The position numbers were made by a program, and so were the translations under genes. The notes under the pieces were generated by a model. That model searched no databases, was not told where the DNA came from, and worked only from the letters and a program-made list of their open reading frames with translations. Source: Mycobacterium phage prophiT46-2. Taken from it: DNA of 64,000 nucleotides. The stretch lies in the sequence record OQ417970.1, one strand, 5' to 3'. Shown one piece after another: positions 9,192-18,084 of the stretch (positions are counted from its first letter, which is position 1; every line of letters begins with the position of its first letter).

Positions 9192-9433
9192 GCCTGAGGT
9201 GGCGCGGACACAGCGAGATCATCGGTGCCCTTGTCGCGGTCGGGCTGCGCGGCACCTACATGGTTCAGAGCGTCGGCCGCGAATGGGTCCTGCAGGGTGT
9301 TGGGCACGACGGCCTGCCCATGCTGGCATTGCCCGCGGAGGGTAAGGCGTTCGCCGCGTTGCATACCGCGCAGCTGTACGCCATCGAGCTCGAGCGCAAG
9401 GGTGCCGTCGAATCCCAGGCGAGTGGGTGCTGA
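9188..9433 (+). CDS. Hypothetical protein
   Basis: ATGA overlap with rusA. Confidence 0.35.
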   Translation: MSLRWRGHSEIIGALVAVGLRGTYMVQSVGREWVLQGVGHDGLPMLALPAEGKAFAALHTAQLYAIELERKGAVESQASGC

Positions 9434-9711
9434 CGATGAGCGTTCACTCAACGGGCGCCGATGCCGAGCCCGCCCGTTACGACGGCGGCATGAGGAACGT
9501 GCTGGAAGCGATCGACCGCGGCGCAGTGCTCGGCATCCTCGGCGCAGCCGACACCGCGCTGGCCACCAAGCAGCTCGCCGAGCGACAGGGAAAGGCGCTT
9601 GAGGAGATTCGCGGAGTGGCTGAGTACTGGCGAGATAACCCGCACTTTGGTCTAGAGATTCAGCAAGGCGCACGCCGAATCCTTCGCGCGATCGACGAGG
9701 CAGGTGCGTGA
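9427..9711 (+). CDS. Hypothetical protein
   Basis: ORF 94 aa. Confidence 0.35.
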   Translation: MLTMSVHSTGADAEPARYDGGMRNVLEAIDRGAVLGILGAADTALATKQLAERQGKALEEIRGVAEYWRDNPHFGLEIQQGARRILRAIDEAGA

Positions 9712-10958
9712 TGCTGGCACCCAGGATCGGATCACTCTTCTCCGGCGCCGGTGGCCTCGACCTGGCCGTTGAGCATGTCGCTGGCGGCCGCACGGTGTGG
9801 CATTGCGAGGCCGACCCGGATGCCTCGAGAGTGCTTGCCGCCCATTGGCCGGGCGTGCCGAACCTCGGAGACATCACCGCCGTTGATTGGTCGGCAGTCG
9901 AGCCCGTAGACGTGCTGTGCGGCGGGTTTCCTTGCCAGGACGTGTCCGCGGCGGGCCGTCGCGCCGGTATCGCATCGGGCACAAGGTCGGGGCTCTGGCT
10001 GGAGTACGCCGAGGCAATCAATCAACTGCGACCACGACTGGTGGTCATCGAGAACGTCAGGGGGCTACTCAGTGGCTACGCCCATCGCGCAATGGAACCC
10101 GGCCCGGATGATCTGGGAGACCGATCAAGCCGACCTCTTCTGCGAGCAGCGGGAGCCGTACTCGGAGACCTGGCCGACCTCGGGTACGACGCGCAATGGA
10201 CAACTGTTGCCGCTTCCGAAGTCGGGGCACCGCACCGCCGCGAACGGGTCTTCATTGTTGCCCACCCCGCGGGCAGCGGCCGACCGAACCAGCAGAAGCG
10301 CGGCAATGCGCCGAGATTCGATGTCATCGCCGAGCCTGGCGCAGGCGATCGAGATAGCGCGCGGGGAGCTACCGCGGGAATTCACCAGCTGGAACGAAGT
10401 GCCCGCGAGCTGGCAGCCGTAGATCTATTGCCGACTCCGACGGCCAGCCGATACGGAAGCAACCAGTCTCCGAGCCCCGGCGTAGCGGTGCGTCCAGGCC
10501 TGGACTCGATCGCAGACCTGTTGCCAACGCCTAATGCCAGTGACGCGACCGGTGGCGGACAGACGCCCGACAAACGCGAGGGGCATTCTCGCCAGCTGAT
10601 CGATTACGCACTCCTGAACGGCACGCCACAGTGGGGCAAGTATGAGCCCGCGATCAGGCGTTGGGAAGCCATCACCCGCGAGGCGCCCACACCGACGGAG
10701 CCTGGAGCCAGGGGAAATCCGCGCCTGGCCGCCGCGTTCTCTGAGTGGATGATGGGCTGGCCGATCGGATGGGTTACACGAGTAGGCATCTCACACCCCG
10801 AGCGTCCCGGGATGCTCAAGAACGGCGTGGCACGTGACCATGCTACTGCTGCGCTGAGTCGATCCGCCATGCTGCGCATCATCGGCAACGGGGTGGTACC
10901 CCAGCAGGCGGTCGCGGCACTGCAATGGCTGCTCAGCGTTTGCGAGGTGGCCGCGTGA
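9708..10958 (+). CDS. DNA (cytosine-5)-methyltransferase
   Basis: Motif I FSGAGGLD, motif IV GGFPCQD, motif VI VIENV. Confidence 0.75.
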   Translation: MMLAPRIGSLFSGAGGLDLAVEHVAGGRTVWHCEADPDASRVLAAHWPGVPNLGDITAVDWSAVEPVDVLCGGFPCQDVSAAGRRAGIASGTRSGLWLEYAEAINQLRPRLVVIENVRGLLSGYAHRAMEPGPDDLGDRSSRPLLRAAGAVLGDLADLGYDAQWTTVAASEVGAPHRRERVFIVAHPAGSGRPNQQKRGNAPRFDVIAEPGAGDRDSARGATAGIHQLERSARELAAVDLLPTPTASRYGSNQSPSPGVAVRPGLDSIADLLPTPNASDATGGGQTPDKREGHSRQLIDYALLNGTPQWGKYEPAIRRWEAITREAPTPTEPGARGNPRLAAAFSEWMMGWPIGWVTRVGISHPERPGMLKNGVARDHATAALSRSAMLRIIGNGVVPQQAVAALQWLLSVCEVAA

Positions 10959-11085
10959 CCCACTTGGACAGCAGTTCGCGGATTACCTCCGACACGCCGC
11001 CGTCGCGGCCTTCAAGGTCAGCTTTGTCTTGCGCTGCGCGCCATAATTCGTCGTCGATGCGCAGGCTGCGTAGCGGGCTAGGCAT
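10933..11085 (-). CDS. Ribbon-helix-helix (CopG/BrnA-like) DNA-binding protein
   Basis: ORF 10933..11190 minus; internal Met gives about 50 aa; RIDDELWRAAQDKADLEGRDGGVSEVIRELL is an RHH pattern. Confidence 0.4.
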   Translation of the reverse strand: MPSPLRSLRIDDELWRAAQDKADLEGRDGGVSEVIRELLSKWVTRPPRKR

Positions 11086-11299
11086 TGGTTTCGAACGATT
11101 CGCCAGCGTAGATCGCAGCCCACCTACCGTCGGGTTGCGTAACAGCGAGCATGAGTCCACCTCGATTGATGGGGTGCTCAGTGATGGCACCGACGATCTT
11201 TGTGCCCGAGGCGGTTACATACGTGGCGGACGTGCCGATGAGATCGGCGCGGTAGGTGTTGTCGGTCGCCAGTTTGTACTCGTCAATCGTGATCTTCAC
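11078..11299 (-). CDS. Small protein (about 73 aa, GTG start) upstream of RHH gene; weak BrnT/DUF497-like N-terminus (KITIDEYK)
   Basis: In-frame GTG at 11299 just downstream of a perfect palindrome; overlaps RHH gene by 8 nt. Confidence 0.3.
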   Translation of the reverse strand: MKITIDEYKLATDNTYRADLIGTSATYVTASGTKIVGAITEHPINRGGLMLAVTQPDGRWAAIYAGESFETNA

Positions 11300-11306
11300 G
11301 AGCCGA

Positions 11307-11330
11307 GTGTATATACAGCTGTATATACAC
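11307..11330. promoter_or_regulatory. 24-bp perfect AT-rich palindrome GTGTATATACAGCTGTATATACAC (candidate operator / divergent -10 elements)
   Basis: Read directly; lies between the minus-strand cassette start and the Dam MTase start. Confidence 0.6.
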
Positions 11331-11349
11331 GTCAAGGGGTGGTTGCCTG

Positions 11350-12204
11350 ATGACCCCACCCCCCATGGCCTATTTCGGCGGTAAGACACGCCTTGCTCGC
11401 CGGATCGCTGATCTGCTTCCCCGGCATGGCCACTACGTCGAACCGTTCGCGGGAGGCCTCTCCGTGCTGCTGGCCAAGAAGCCCAGTCGCATGGAAACGG
11501 TCAACGACCTAGACGACAGGCTGATGACGTTCTGGCGAGTACTCCGCGACAAACCAGAGCAGCTGGCTCGCGCATGCGCCCTTACTCCGCATAGCCGTGC
11601 GGAGTACTCAACCGCCCGCGACGCCGATCTCGACACTATCGAGGACGACGTCGAGCGGGCCCGCCTGATCTGGGTACAGATCGCCGAAGGCCGCGGCGGC
11701 ACGCTGCTCCGACAGACGGGCTGGCGCTACTACGTCAACCCAAGCCAGAACTCAACCGGGATGCCCGGCTACCTCAGTGCGTACGTGGACCGGATGGCTG
11801 CGGCTGCCGAGCGGTTGCAACGTGTCAGCCTGGAGTCTCGGCCGGCGCTCGAAATCATCGAAAAGTACGGCGCCCATTCGAAATGCTGCCTGTACGTGGA
11901 CCCGCCGTACCTCGCGACCACGCGCAGCACGTCCGGCGGCGGCAACGGCTACCGCATCGACATGCCGGCACGCGCCGAGCATGTAGAGCTGCTGCGTGCG
12001 CTGACGGGGTGCCAGGCATCCGTGGTGCTGTCCGGCTACCCCTCCGAGCTGTACGACGAGGCGCTTCGGGGCTGGGACCGCATCGAGATACCCCACATGA
12101 CTGGACAAGGAAGCGGTGCCAATCAAGGCCGGACAGAGGTGATTTGGTCAAACCGCCCGCTGCTACAGCAGATGACCATCGGGTATCACGAGGCCGGTGA
12201 ATGA
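11350..12204 (+). CDS. DNA adenine-N6 methyltransferase (Dam/D12 class)
   Basis: YFGGK, EPFAGGLSV (motif I) and DPPY (motif IV). Confidence 0.75.
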   Translation: MTPPPMAYFGGKTRLARRIADLLPRHGHYVEPFAGGLSVLLAKKPSRMETVNDLDDRLMTFWRVLRDKPEQLARACALTPHSRAEYSTARDADLDTIEDDVERARLIWVQIAEGRGGTLLRQTGWRYYVNPSQNSTGMPGYLSAYVDRMAAAAERLQRVSLESRPALEIIEKYGAHSKCCLYVDPPYLATTRSTSGGGNGYRIDMPARAEHVELLRALTGCQASVVLSGYPSELYDEALRGWDRIEIPHMTGQGSGANQGRTEVIWSNRPLLQQMTIGYHEAGE

Positions 12205-12328
12205 GCGACAACCTGATCTGCATCTGCGGCGATCACTTCTCGCAGCACGTCGGCGACATCAACCCCAAGTCGCTTCTGTCCGACTGCCCCGGATTCGAAG
12301 CCGACCCGAAAGCGAACGGAGACAACCA

Positions 12329-12592
12329 ATGAGCGATCCCTTGTTCACTGCTGCCAAGCTGCTCGAATCGCACGGATATGCGGTCGTGGAGCTGCCGAAG
12401 CCGGTTGGGGTCAACGGCACTGACAACATCGTGTGGCTGAGTGACCCGTACATCGAGCAGGAATTCAACGGCGACATAACCATTTCCGACAGGCTGGGTA
12501 TCGACGCCGACGAGCTGGAGGATGTCGCCGCCGCGCTGCTCGCCGCTAGCCGCCGGCACCAGGAGGAGGCGCGGCTATGGGGTGTCGGATGA
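12329..12592 (+). CDS. Hypothetical protein
   Basis: ORF 12197..12592; Arg-rich N-terminal extension is unlikely to be real, so Met at 12329 chosen. Confidence 0.35.
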   Translation: MSDPLFTAAKLLESHGYAVVELPKPVGVNGTDNIVWLSDPYIEQEFNGDITISDRLGIDADELEDVAAALLAASRRHQEEARLWGVG

Positions 12593-13743
12593 GTAACGGC
12601 ACCTCAATATCTGAGCCCGCTATCCGGGTCCTGTCTCTCGGGGCGGGTGTCCAGTCGACGGTGTTGGCGCTCATGGCGTGCGACGGCACGCTGCCTGGTC
12701 TGGATGCTGCGGTGTTCGCCGATACCGGGTGGGAACCGCCCGCGGTCTATGAGCAGGTGGATCGGCTCGCCGCCGAGCTTGCCCGCGTTGATATCCCGCT
12801 GCACCGGGTCTCATCCGGCAACCTGCGGGCCGACACCCTCGACCCGGAAGCGCGATTCGTTTCGGTGCCATGGTTCACCTTGGCGCCCAAGGCTACCGAG
12901 GTGCCTGTTTATGGCGTATGCGCACCCTGCGGCGGCTCCGGCCGTGGACCATCTGACGAGCCTGATTCATGTTCGGTGTGCGGTGGCGACGGCCGTGGGT
13001 CGATCGTGGGCACCAGGCTAGCCACTGCCACTGAACGGCACGGCATGGGGCGCCGCCAGTGCACCAGCGAGTACAAGCTCAAGCCGATCAAGGTGAAGGT
13101 GCGCGAGCTGCTGGGCTACCCGCACCCGACACCGGTGCCGCGTGATGTGTTCGCAGAGCAGTGGATCGGGTTCTCCACTGATGAGATCCACCGGGTACGC
13201 GACCGGCTGGACGTGAACTACTCCCGGCCGCGTTACCCGCTGCTGGAGCTGGGTATGTCCCGCAAGGACTGCCAGCGCTGGCTGGAGCGCGCGGGGTGGG
13301 GACACACCGCCAAGAGCGCCTGCATTGGGTGCCCGTTCCACGGCAATGCCCAGTGGCGGTACATGTACGAGCGGCGCGACATCTGCGCGACGTGCGGCCA
13401 CGCCCGTGACGACCACTGGCGCGGGTTCGACGAACCGAAGGCGTGCGCGCATCTGTACAACCGGGACCAGCCCGAAGCGCCTGCCGATCTGTGCATGTGT
13501 AAGCGGTTCCACTCCCTCTGGGATGACGCGGTCGATTTCGATCGCCGTATCCGCAAGGGCGGCGCCTCGGCCAACCCACTCGACGGCGAGGCGTTCCTGC
13601 ACCGCTCACGAGTTCCGTTGGACCTGGCACCAATCGACCGCGTGACACGTGCCGAGTACGCCGACATGCAGCTCGACCTATTCGAGGACGGCGACCCGGA
13701 CGGCTGCTCGCCCTACGGCTGCCGCAGCGGCGAGGTGGCGTGA
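12577..13743 (+). CDS. PAPS-reductase-like / PP-loop ATP pyrophosphatase-family protein with extra Cys clusters
   Basis: SLGAGVQST PP-loop; CAPCGG..CSVCGG, CIGCPFHG, CATCGH, CMCKRFH. Confidence 0.55.
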   Translation: MGCRMSNGTSISEPAIRVLSLGAGVQSTVLALMACDGTLPGLDAAVFADTGWEPPAVYEQVDRLAAELARVDIPLHRVSSGNLRADTLDPEARFVSVPWFTLAPKATEVPVYGVCAPCGGSGRGPSDEPDSCSVCGGDGRGSIVGTRLATATERHGMGRRQCTSEYKLKPIKVKVRELLGYPHPTPVPRDVFAEQWIGFSTDEIHRVRDRLDVNYSRPRYPLLELGMSRKDCQRWLERAGWGHTAKSACIGCPFHGNAQWRYMYERRDICATCGHARDDHWRGFDEPKACAHLYNRDQPEAPADLCMCKRFHSLWDDAVDFDRRIRKGGASANPLDGEAFLHRSRVPLDLAPIDRVTRAEYADMQLDLFEDGDPDGCSPYGCRSGEVA

Positions 13744-14183
13744 TGGCTGTGCGTAAGTACATCTACCGCGTGGTTGTCGACGAGTGGCCGACCAAGGACG
13801 GCATGCCCTTCATAGACCAAGACTGGCGCTGGTGGGAGCAGATCGTCGACTACTTCCACAACCCCGAGGGTGATGACCCGTCGCCCGCCTGGCTGCCCGA
13901 TATCACCGGGTACCTGGAAGACCCGGGTGACGAATGGACGCCGGCGGGTTGGGGTAACAAGCCGCGATTCACCCGCCTTGTGTGCGAACCCGGAGACGAG
14001 CCCGACTACCCGAATGGATATCGGGGCTACGACGACCAGCCCGTGATCGCCGTGCCGATCGCTCCTGCCCGCCGGTTCATGCAACGGGCCCAGCCGGACG
14101 CGGCGGCAAAACAGCTGCGCGAGTGGGGATGCAAGGCACACGTGGAACGCGCTGCCCTTGGTGATTGGGAGGAGGTGGCGTAA
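13740..14183 (+). CDS. Hypothetical protein
   Basis: ORF 147 aa, coupled. Confidence 0.4.
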   Translation: MMAVRKYIYRVVVDEWPTKDGMPFIDQDWRWWEQIVDYFHNPEGDDPSPAWLPDITGYLEDPGDEWTPAGWGNKPRFTRLVCEPGDEPDYPNGYRGYDDQPVIAVPIAPARRFMQRAQPDAAAKQLREWGCKAHVERAALGDWEEVA

Positions 14184-14521
14184 TGCCCATACGTCCCGAG
14201 AACCGCGATCGCTACCCCAAGGACTGGCCTGAGATCTCGCGCCGCATCCGGTTCGAGCGCGCGCAAGGCCGCTGTGAGTGCGAGGGCGAGTGCCTGCGCG
14301 GTACACACCTCGACCGCTGCCCGAACGTCAACGGGCAGCCCGCCTACGGCACCGGCAGCCGCGTCGTGCTCACCGAGGACTGCCGGGATGAGAACCTGCG
14401 CGCGATGTGCCAGGGGTGCCACCTGCACTACGACCTAGAGCACCACGCGCAGACGCGCCAGCGGGCCCGCACGGCAGCTCTTGAGGCACAGATGGATTCG
14501 ATGTTCGAGGGAGTGCAGTGA
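14183..14521 (+). CDS. HNH endonuclease
   Basis: CECEGEC...CQGCHLHYD..HH motif. Confidence 0.55.
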   Translation: MPIRPENRDRYPKDWPEISRRIRFERAQGRCECEGECLRGTHLDRCPNVNGQPAYGTGSRVVLTEDCRDENLRAMCQGCHLHYDLEHHAQTRQRARTAALEAQMDSMFEGVQ

Positions 14522-14955
14522 TACCGGCCAATACTCCGTGCAAGTGGTGCGACACTCCACTCTCCGACTGCGACGGCGCGCGGCCCAGCCGGAAGTGCTG
14601 CCCGGACTGCCGACACCACAAGCGCATCCAGCGCAAGCGCACCGCGGGCTGGCGGATGCCAGAAGGCGCCATCTACGTCGGGCGGCCGAGCCAGTGGGGC
14701 AACCCGTACGTTGCGGGCCCAGGTCGCCCACGAATGCCATGGCTGCCAGAGGGGACCGTTCTGACCGTTGAGCAGACCGTCGCCTGCTATGCCGACATGG
14801 TTCGCGGCGGTGGCCCGAACATCAACGGCGATAGGTGGCTTACATCGCAAGTCGGTGTAATTCGCTACCTCCTGGCCGGGCATGACCTCGTGTGCTGGTG
14901 CCCGCTCGATCAGCCGTGCCATGCCGACGTGTTGCTTGAGCTGGCCAATGGCTGA
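14518..14955 (+). CDS. DUF4326-family protein
   Basis: GRPSQWGNPY..CWCPLDQPCHADVL. Confidence 0.5.
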   Translation: MIPANTPCKWCDTPLSDCDGARPSRKCCPDCRHHKRIQRKRTAGWRMPEGAIYVGRPSQWGNPYVAGPGRPRMPWLPEGTVLTVEQTVACYADMVRGGGPNINGDRWLTSQVGVIRYLLAGHDLVCWCPLDQPCHADVLLELANG

Positions 14956-15088
14956 GCTGCCGCGGGTGCTGTTCACGTATGCCGAATGCCGCGCGCTGGG
15001 CCGCTGCACGTACTGCGGTTGGCACCCACCCACGCAGGGCCACCACCCGAATTGCCCACGCCCACAGAAACGGAAGGGACGTCGATGA
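14952..15088 (+). CDS. Small Cys-containing protein
   Basis: MAELPRVLFTYAECRALGRCTYCGWHPP.., coupled. Confidence 0.3.
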
Positions 15089-15378
15089 GTCGGAACTGGC
15101 AGGCCCGCGCTGTGTGCCGGGACGAAGACCCCGAGCTGTTCTTCCCTGACCCGTCCGACACCGTGACTGCGCGGGCAGCCCAGAGGGTGTGCGCCAAATG
15201 TCCTGTGAGGCCGCAGTGCCGGGCCGCCGCCAGCGCGAGACGCGAACCGTACGGGATCTGGGGCGGCGTCAACCGCGAGCTGGACGCGGACAGGCGACGA
15301 CGATCCGCCTTTTCACCCCCGACGAATGAAATCAGCACACCGCCCACCACCCCGACCACCGCAGAGGCAGCACAGTGA
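15085..15378 (+). CDS. whiB: WhiB-family transcriptional regulator
   Basis: CRDEDPELFFP...CAKCPVRPQCR..GIWGG (four Cys plus GIWGG). Confidence 0.7.
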   Translation: MSRNWQARAVCRDEDPELFFPDPSDTVTARAAQRVCAKCPVRPQCRAAASARREPYGIWGGVNRELDADRRRRSAFSPPTNEISTPPTTPTTAEAAQ

Positions 15379-16508
15379 CGACCCGCGAGTACGCCAAAAA
15401 CCTGTTCGCCCAATGGTCCGACGACGACTTCTGCAACCAACCGATCTTCGACAAGCTGTTCTTCCAGGTCCTCAACGGGCAGCGCGCCGTCAATGCCGCC
15501 GGCATCCAGCCGATCAACTTCACCCGCTGGCGCAAGGCCATGCGCGACGGCGAACACCTGCCCGCCGTGCGCGATCTGCAGGCTGCGCTGGTGCGCATGG
15601 AGCGCCGCGGTTTCGTGTTCACCGACGAGGACACGGGGGAGGTGCTGGTGCGGTCCCGGATCCGCCGCGACGAACTGGACAAGCAGCCCACCATGTTCCT
15701 GGCGGCGCTGCGCCTCCTGGCCGTCATCGACTCACCCAAGTTCGCCGCCGTGCTCGCCGACGAGCTCGACCGTATGGACGTCCCGGAGGTGAAGGGGGAC
15801 AAGGACTACGCCAAGCGTCTGCGCGACTCCCTCAATGACACCCATAGGGCCGCCCGCCTACACCTCAAGACCCTGGCCGACGGATACCCGCAGCCGTTCC
15901 CCGAACCGTTCGACGGACTCACCGAGGGACCCTCCCAGGGACCCACCCCTAGACCCTCTACGGGCCCCTCCGAAGGACCCACCTCGGGAGGGTCTACGGG
16001 ACCCACCCCGCGACCTGGGGAAACAGGACCCACCCCGGGACCCTCCCCGAGACCCACCCAGGGACCCTCGGGTTCTGGTTCAGGTTCAGGTTCTCTCACC
16101 TTGGTAACTACTCAAGTGGGGGGTACGCGTGCGCGCGCACACGAGACCGCCGAACCCACACCAGCACCAGACGAACCCCCCACACGATGCAAAGCCCACC
16201 GCGACTACCCCGACGCCATCGAGGACAACTGCGGCCCCTGCGCCAACTTCCGCAAGGCACACGAACGCTGGACCGAACACCAAACACGCGCCCAAGCCCA
16301 AGCCAGGGCCGACGCCCTCCACCAAGCCGCCCAACTCCGCGCCCACGCCATCGCCACCTGCGACCTCTGCGACCCAGACGGCTACCTCCCCGGCACCAGC
16401 ACCGTCTGCAACCACAACCCCACCCAAGCCGAAACCAACGCCCGCGGACGCCAACTCGTCCACGCCGCACTCCGCAGCCGAACCCAGCAGGAGACCGACG
16501 ATGCGTGA
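15375..16508 (+). CDS. Hypothetical protein with central GP(S/T)-rich tandem repeat region and C-terminal CxxC..H..C cluster
   Basis: GPSQGPTPRPSTGPSEGPTSGGSTGPTPRPGETGPTPGPSPRPTQGPSGSGSGSGS; DNA tandem repeats at about 15930-16100. Confidence 0.45.
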   Translation: MTTREYAKNLFAQWSDDDFCNQPIFDKLFFQVLNGQRAVNAAGIQPINFTRWRKAMRDGEHLPAVRDLQAALVRMERRGFVFTDEDTGEVLVRSRIRRDELDKQPTMFLAALRLLAVIDSPKFAAVLADELDRMDVPEVKGDKDYAKRLRDSLNDTHRAARLHLKTLADGYPQPFPEPFDGLTEGPSQGPTPRPSTGPSEGPTSGGSTGPTPRPGETGPTPGPSPRPTQGPSGSGSGSGSLTLVTTQVGGTRARAHETAEPTPAPDEPPTRCKAHRDYPDAIEDNCGPCANFRKAHERWTEHQTRAQAQARADALHQAAQLRAHAIATCDLCDPDGYLPGTSTVCNHNPTQAETNARGRQLVHAALRSRTQQETDDA

Positions 16509-16785
16509 CCCCTACGACCCCTGGGCCGACGAACGCACACAAGCCCAACCCGACCTCACCGACATCGCCCAAGCCGAAGCCATAAGCGCCTGCCAGCTCT
16601 GCGACACCCACGGCCACCGAGATGGACTCCCATGCCGCCACATCGACCACGCCGCAGCCGCCAAACGAGGACTCGCCACCATCCGCGCCCAAATGGGCTG
16701 GAACACCCCCACAGGCACAACCACCCCACAAACCAGCCAAAAACCGCCCCACGACGCCACCAGCAGCCAAAAAACACGCCTGTAA
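16501..16785 (+). CDS. Hypothetical protein, paralogous Cys motif (CQLCDTHGHRDGLPC) then P/T/Q-rich tail
   Basis: ORF in the 16129 frame from Met at 16501. Confidence 0.35.
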   Translation: MRDPYDPWADERTQAQPDLTDIAQAEAISACQLCDTHGHRDGLPCRHIDHAAAAKRGLATIRAQMGWNTPTGTTTPQTSQKPPHDATSSQKTRL

Positions 16786-16871
16786 CTCACCCCCACCACC
16801 CAAAAACCCCGAACCATCAACCATCCAGCCCAAACCCCAGCCAGCACCCCCAACAAAGAAAATCCACCACC

Positions 16872-17360
16872 ATGCCGCCAGTCATGAACCGCCAAGGCTC
16901 AAACCAACGCGCCGAAAAAGCCTGGCAGCTCCACATCGCCGGACGCACATGGCGCGAAGTCGCCGAGGTCACAGGCTTCAAATCGCCCCAATCGGCCCAG
17001 AAAGCCGCCATGGCATGGCTCAAGAAGAACCCGCCGTCCACCCTCGAAATCGCGCGCCGCGCGAACGGTGACGGCATCCGCCAGGTTCGCGGAATGCTGA
17101 TGGAGACCATGGCGAAGGCCAAGGCCAAGGGGGAGCACCGCACCGTTTCTGAGCTGGGCCGCGCCGTGCTCGACAGCTACGAGAAGGAGGCGAAGCTGTG
17201 GGGTCTGTTCGTCGTTGTGCCTGAGGAAGTCAACGTGAACGTTACGACCGCTGTGGCGGTGCTGGAGCGAGCGGAGGCCGAGCTACTGGCACTGGCTGCG
17301 GCCGGCCAGCCCGCGATCTCGGCGCAGCCCGTCATCGACGCCGAGGTGGTCGAGCCGTGA
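16872..17360 (+). CDS. Hypothetical protein (possible HTH)
   Basis: Met at 16872 after a C/A-rich tract; WREVAEVTGFKSPQSAQKAAMAWL. Confidence 0.4.
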   Translation: MPPVMNRQGSNQRAEKAWQLHIAGRTWREVAEVTGFKSPQSAQKAAMAWLKKNPPSTLEIARRANGDGIRQVRGMLMETMAKAKAKGEHRTVSELGRAVLDSYEKEAKLWGLFVVVPEEVNVNVTTAVAVLERAEAELLALAAAGQPAISAQPVIDAEVVEP

Positions 17361-17701
17361 CCGCCCCGACCGAGCCCGTGCAGGACGCGATCAAGGCGGC
17401 GATGTTGGTCGCCAAGGATGTGGCTGAGGGACGGCTGGACCCGGCCGCGTTGAACGCCGCGGTGGTGGCCGAGTGCCGCGAGCTGTTCGCGTTCGTCGCC
17501 GGCCAGGGAGATCCGTTGTGGGACATCCACGTCGAGGTGACCCGCCAGGTGCTCGCCCTCGATGGCATCCCGGTCGACGAGCTGGCCGAGTGGCTGGCCG
17601 TGACACGCCGCGCGCAGGGCGTCGAAGCGCCGGCCGATTCGTGGATGGCGCGCGTACTGGAGCAGCTGGCCGACGAGGACGACGAGGCCGAGCCAGTCTA
17701 A
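17357..17701 (+). CDS. Acidic hypothetical protein
   Basis: ORF 114 aa. Confidence 0.4.
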   Translation: MTAPTEPVQDAIKAAMLVAKDVAEGRLDPAALNAAVVAECRELFAFVAGQGDPLWDIHVEVTRQVLALDGIPVDELAEWLAVTRRAQGVEAPADSWMARVLEQLADEDDEAEPV

Positions 17702-17844
17702 CTGGGGTATACCCGTGCCAAACAGATTGAAGAATCGGCGATATCAGCGGTGAAATGCGTAAATACAGTCTAACAAGAGTGGTTGACTAATTGTTAGACA
17801 AGGTTCTAATGTGGTCTAGAACCTAGTTAGAAACGGAGAACTTC
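17701..17844. promoter_or_regulatory. AT-rich (about 40% GC) intergenic control region with two adjacent inverted repeats and a TTGACT -35-like box
   Basis: gtctaacaa-N14-ttgttagac; ggttcta-N8-tagaacc; ggag RBS before ATG 17845. Confidence 0.55.
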
Positions 17845-18084
17845 ATGACCACCGCCACGAAAACCACCGGATACCTCACCAGCTTCACGACGACCTACCA
17901 GATCGAAGGCGTCACCGAAGCCCAGGCCGCACGGATCGCCGCCGCTGTCCAAACCGCCCTCCAGGGCGCTCTCACCGACCTCGCCAACGAAGAGGCCACC
18001 ACTGCCGCCACGGCAAACGCCAGAGTGCTCGCGGTCCGCGTGGAGCGCCACGGTGCGCTGGTCGAGGAATACGAGGCCCGATGA
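17845..18084 (+). CDS. Hypothetical protein
   Basis: ORF with good RBS. Confidence 0.45.
   Translation: MTTATKTTGYLTSFTTTYQIEGVTEAQAARIAAAVQTALQGALTDLANEEATTAATANARVLAVRVERHGALVEEYEAR

Noticed and set aside
16108-16895. Minus-strand ORFs of 241 and 127 aa rich in G/W/R, and plus-frame P/T-rich ORFs 16129..16785 upstream part and 16622..17071
   Set aside because: Compositional artefacts of the repeat and C/A-rich tract; only the segments with sensible starts (16501..16785, 16872..17360) were kept.
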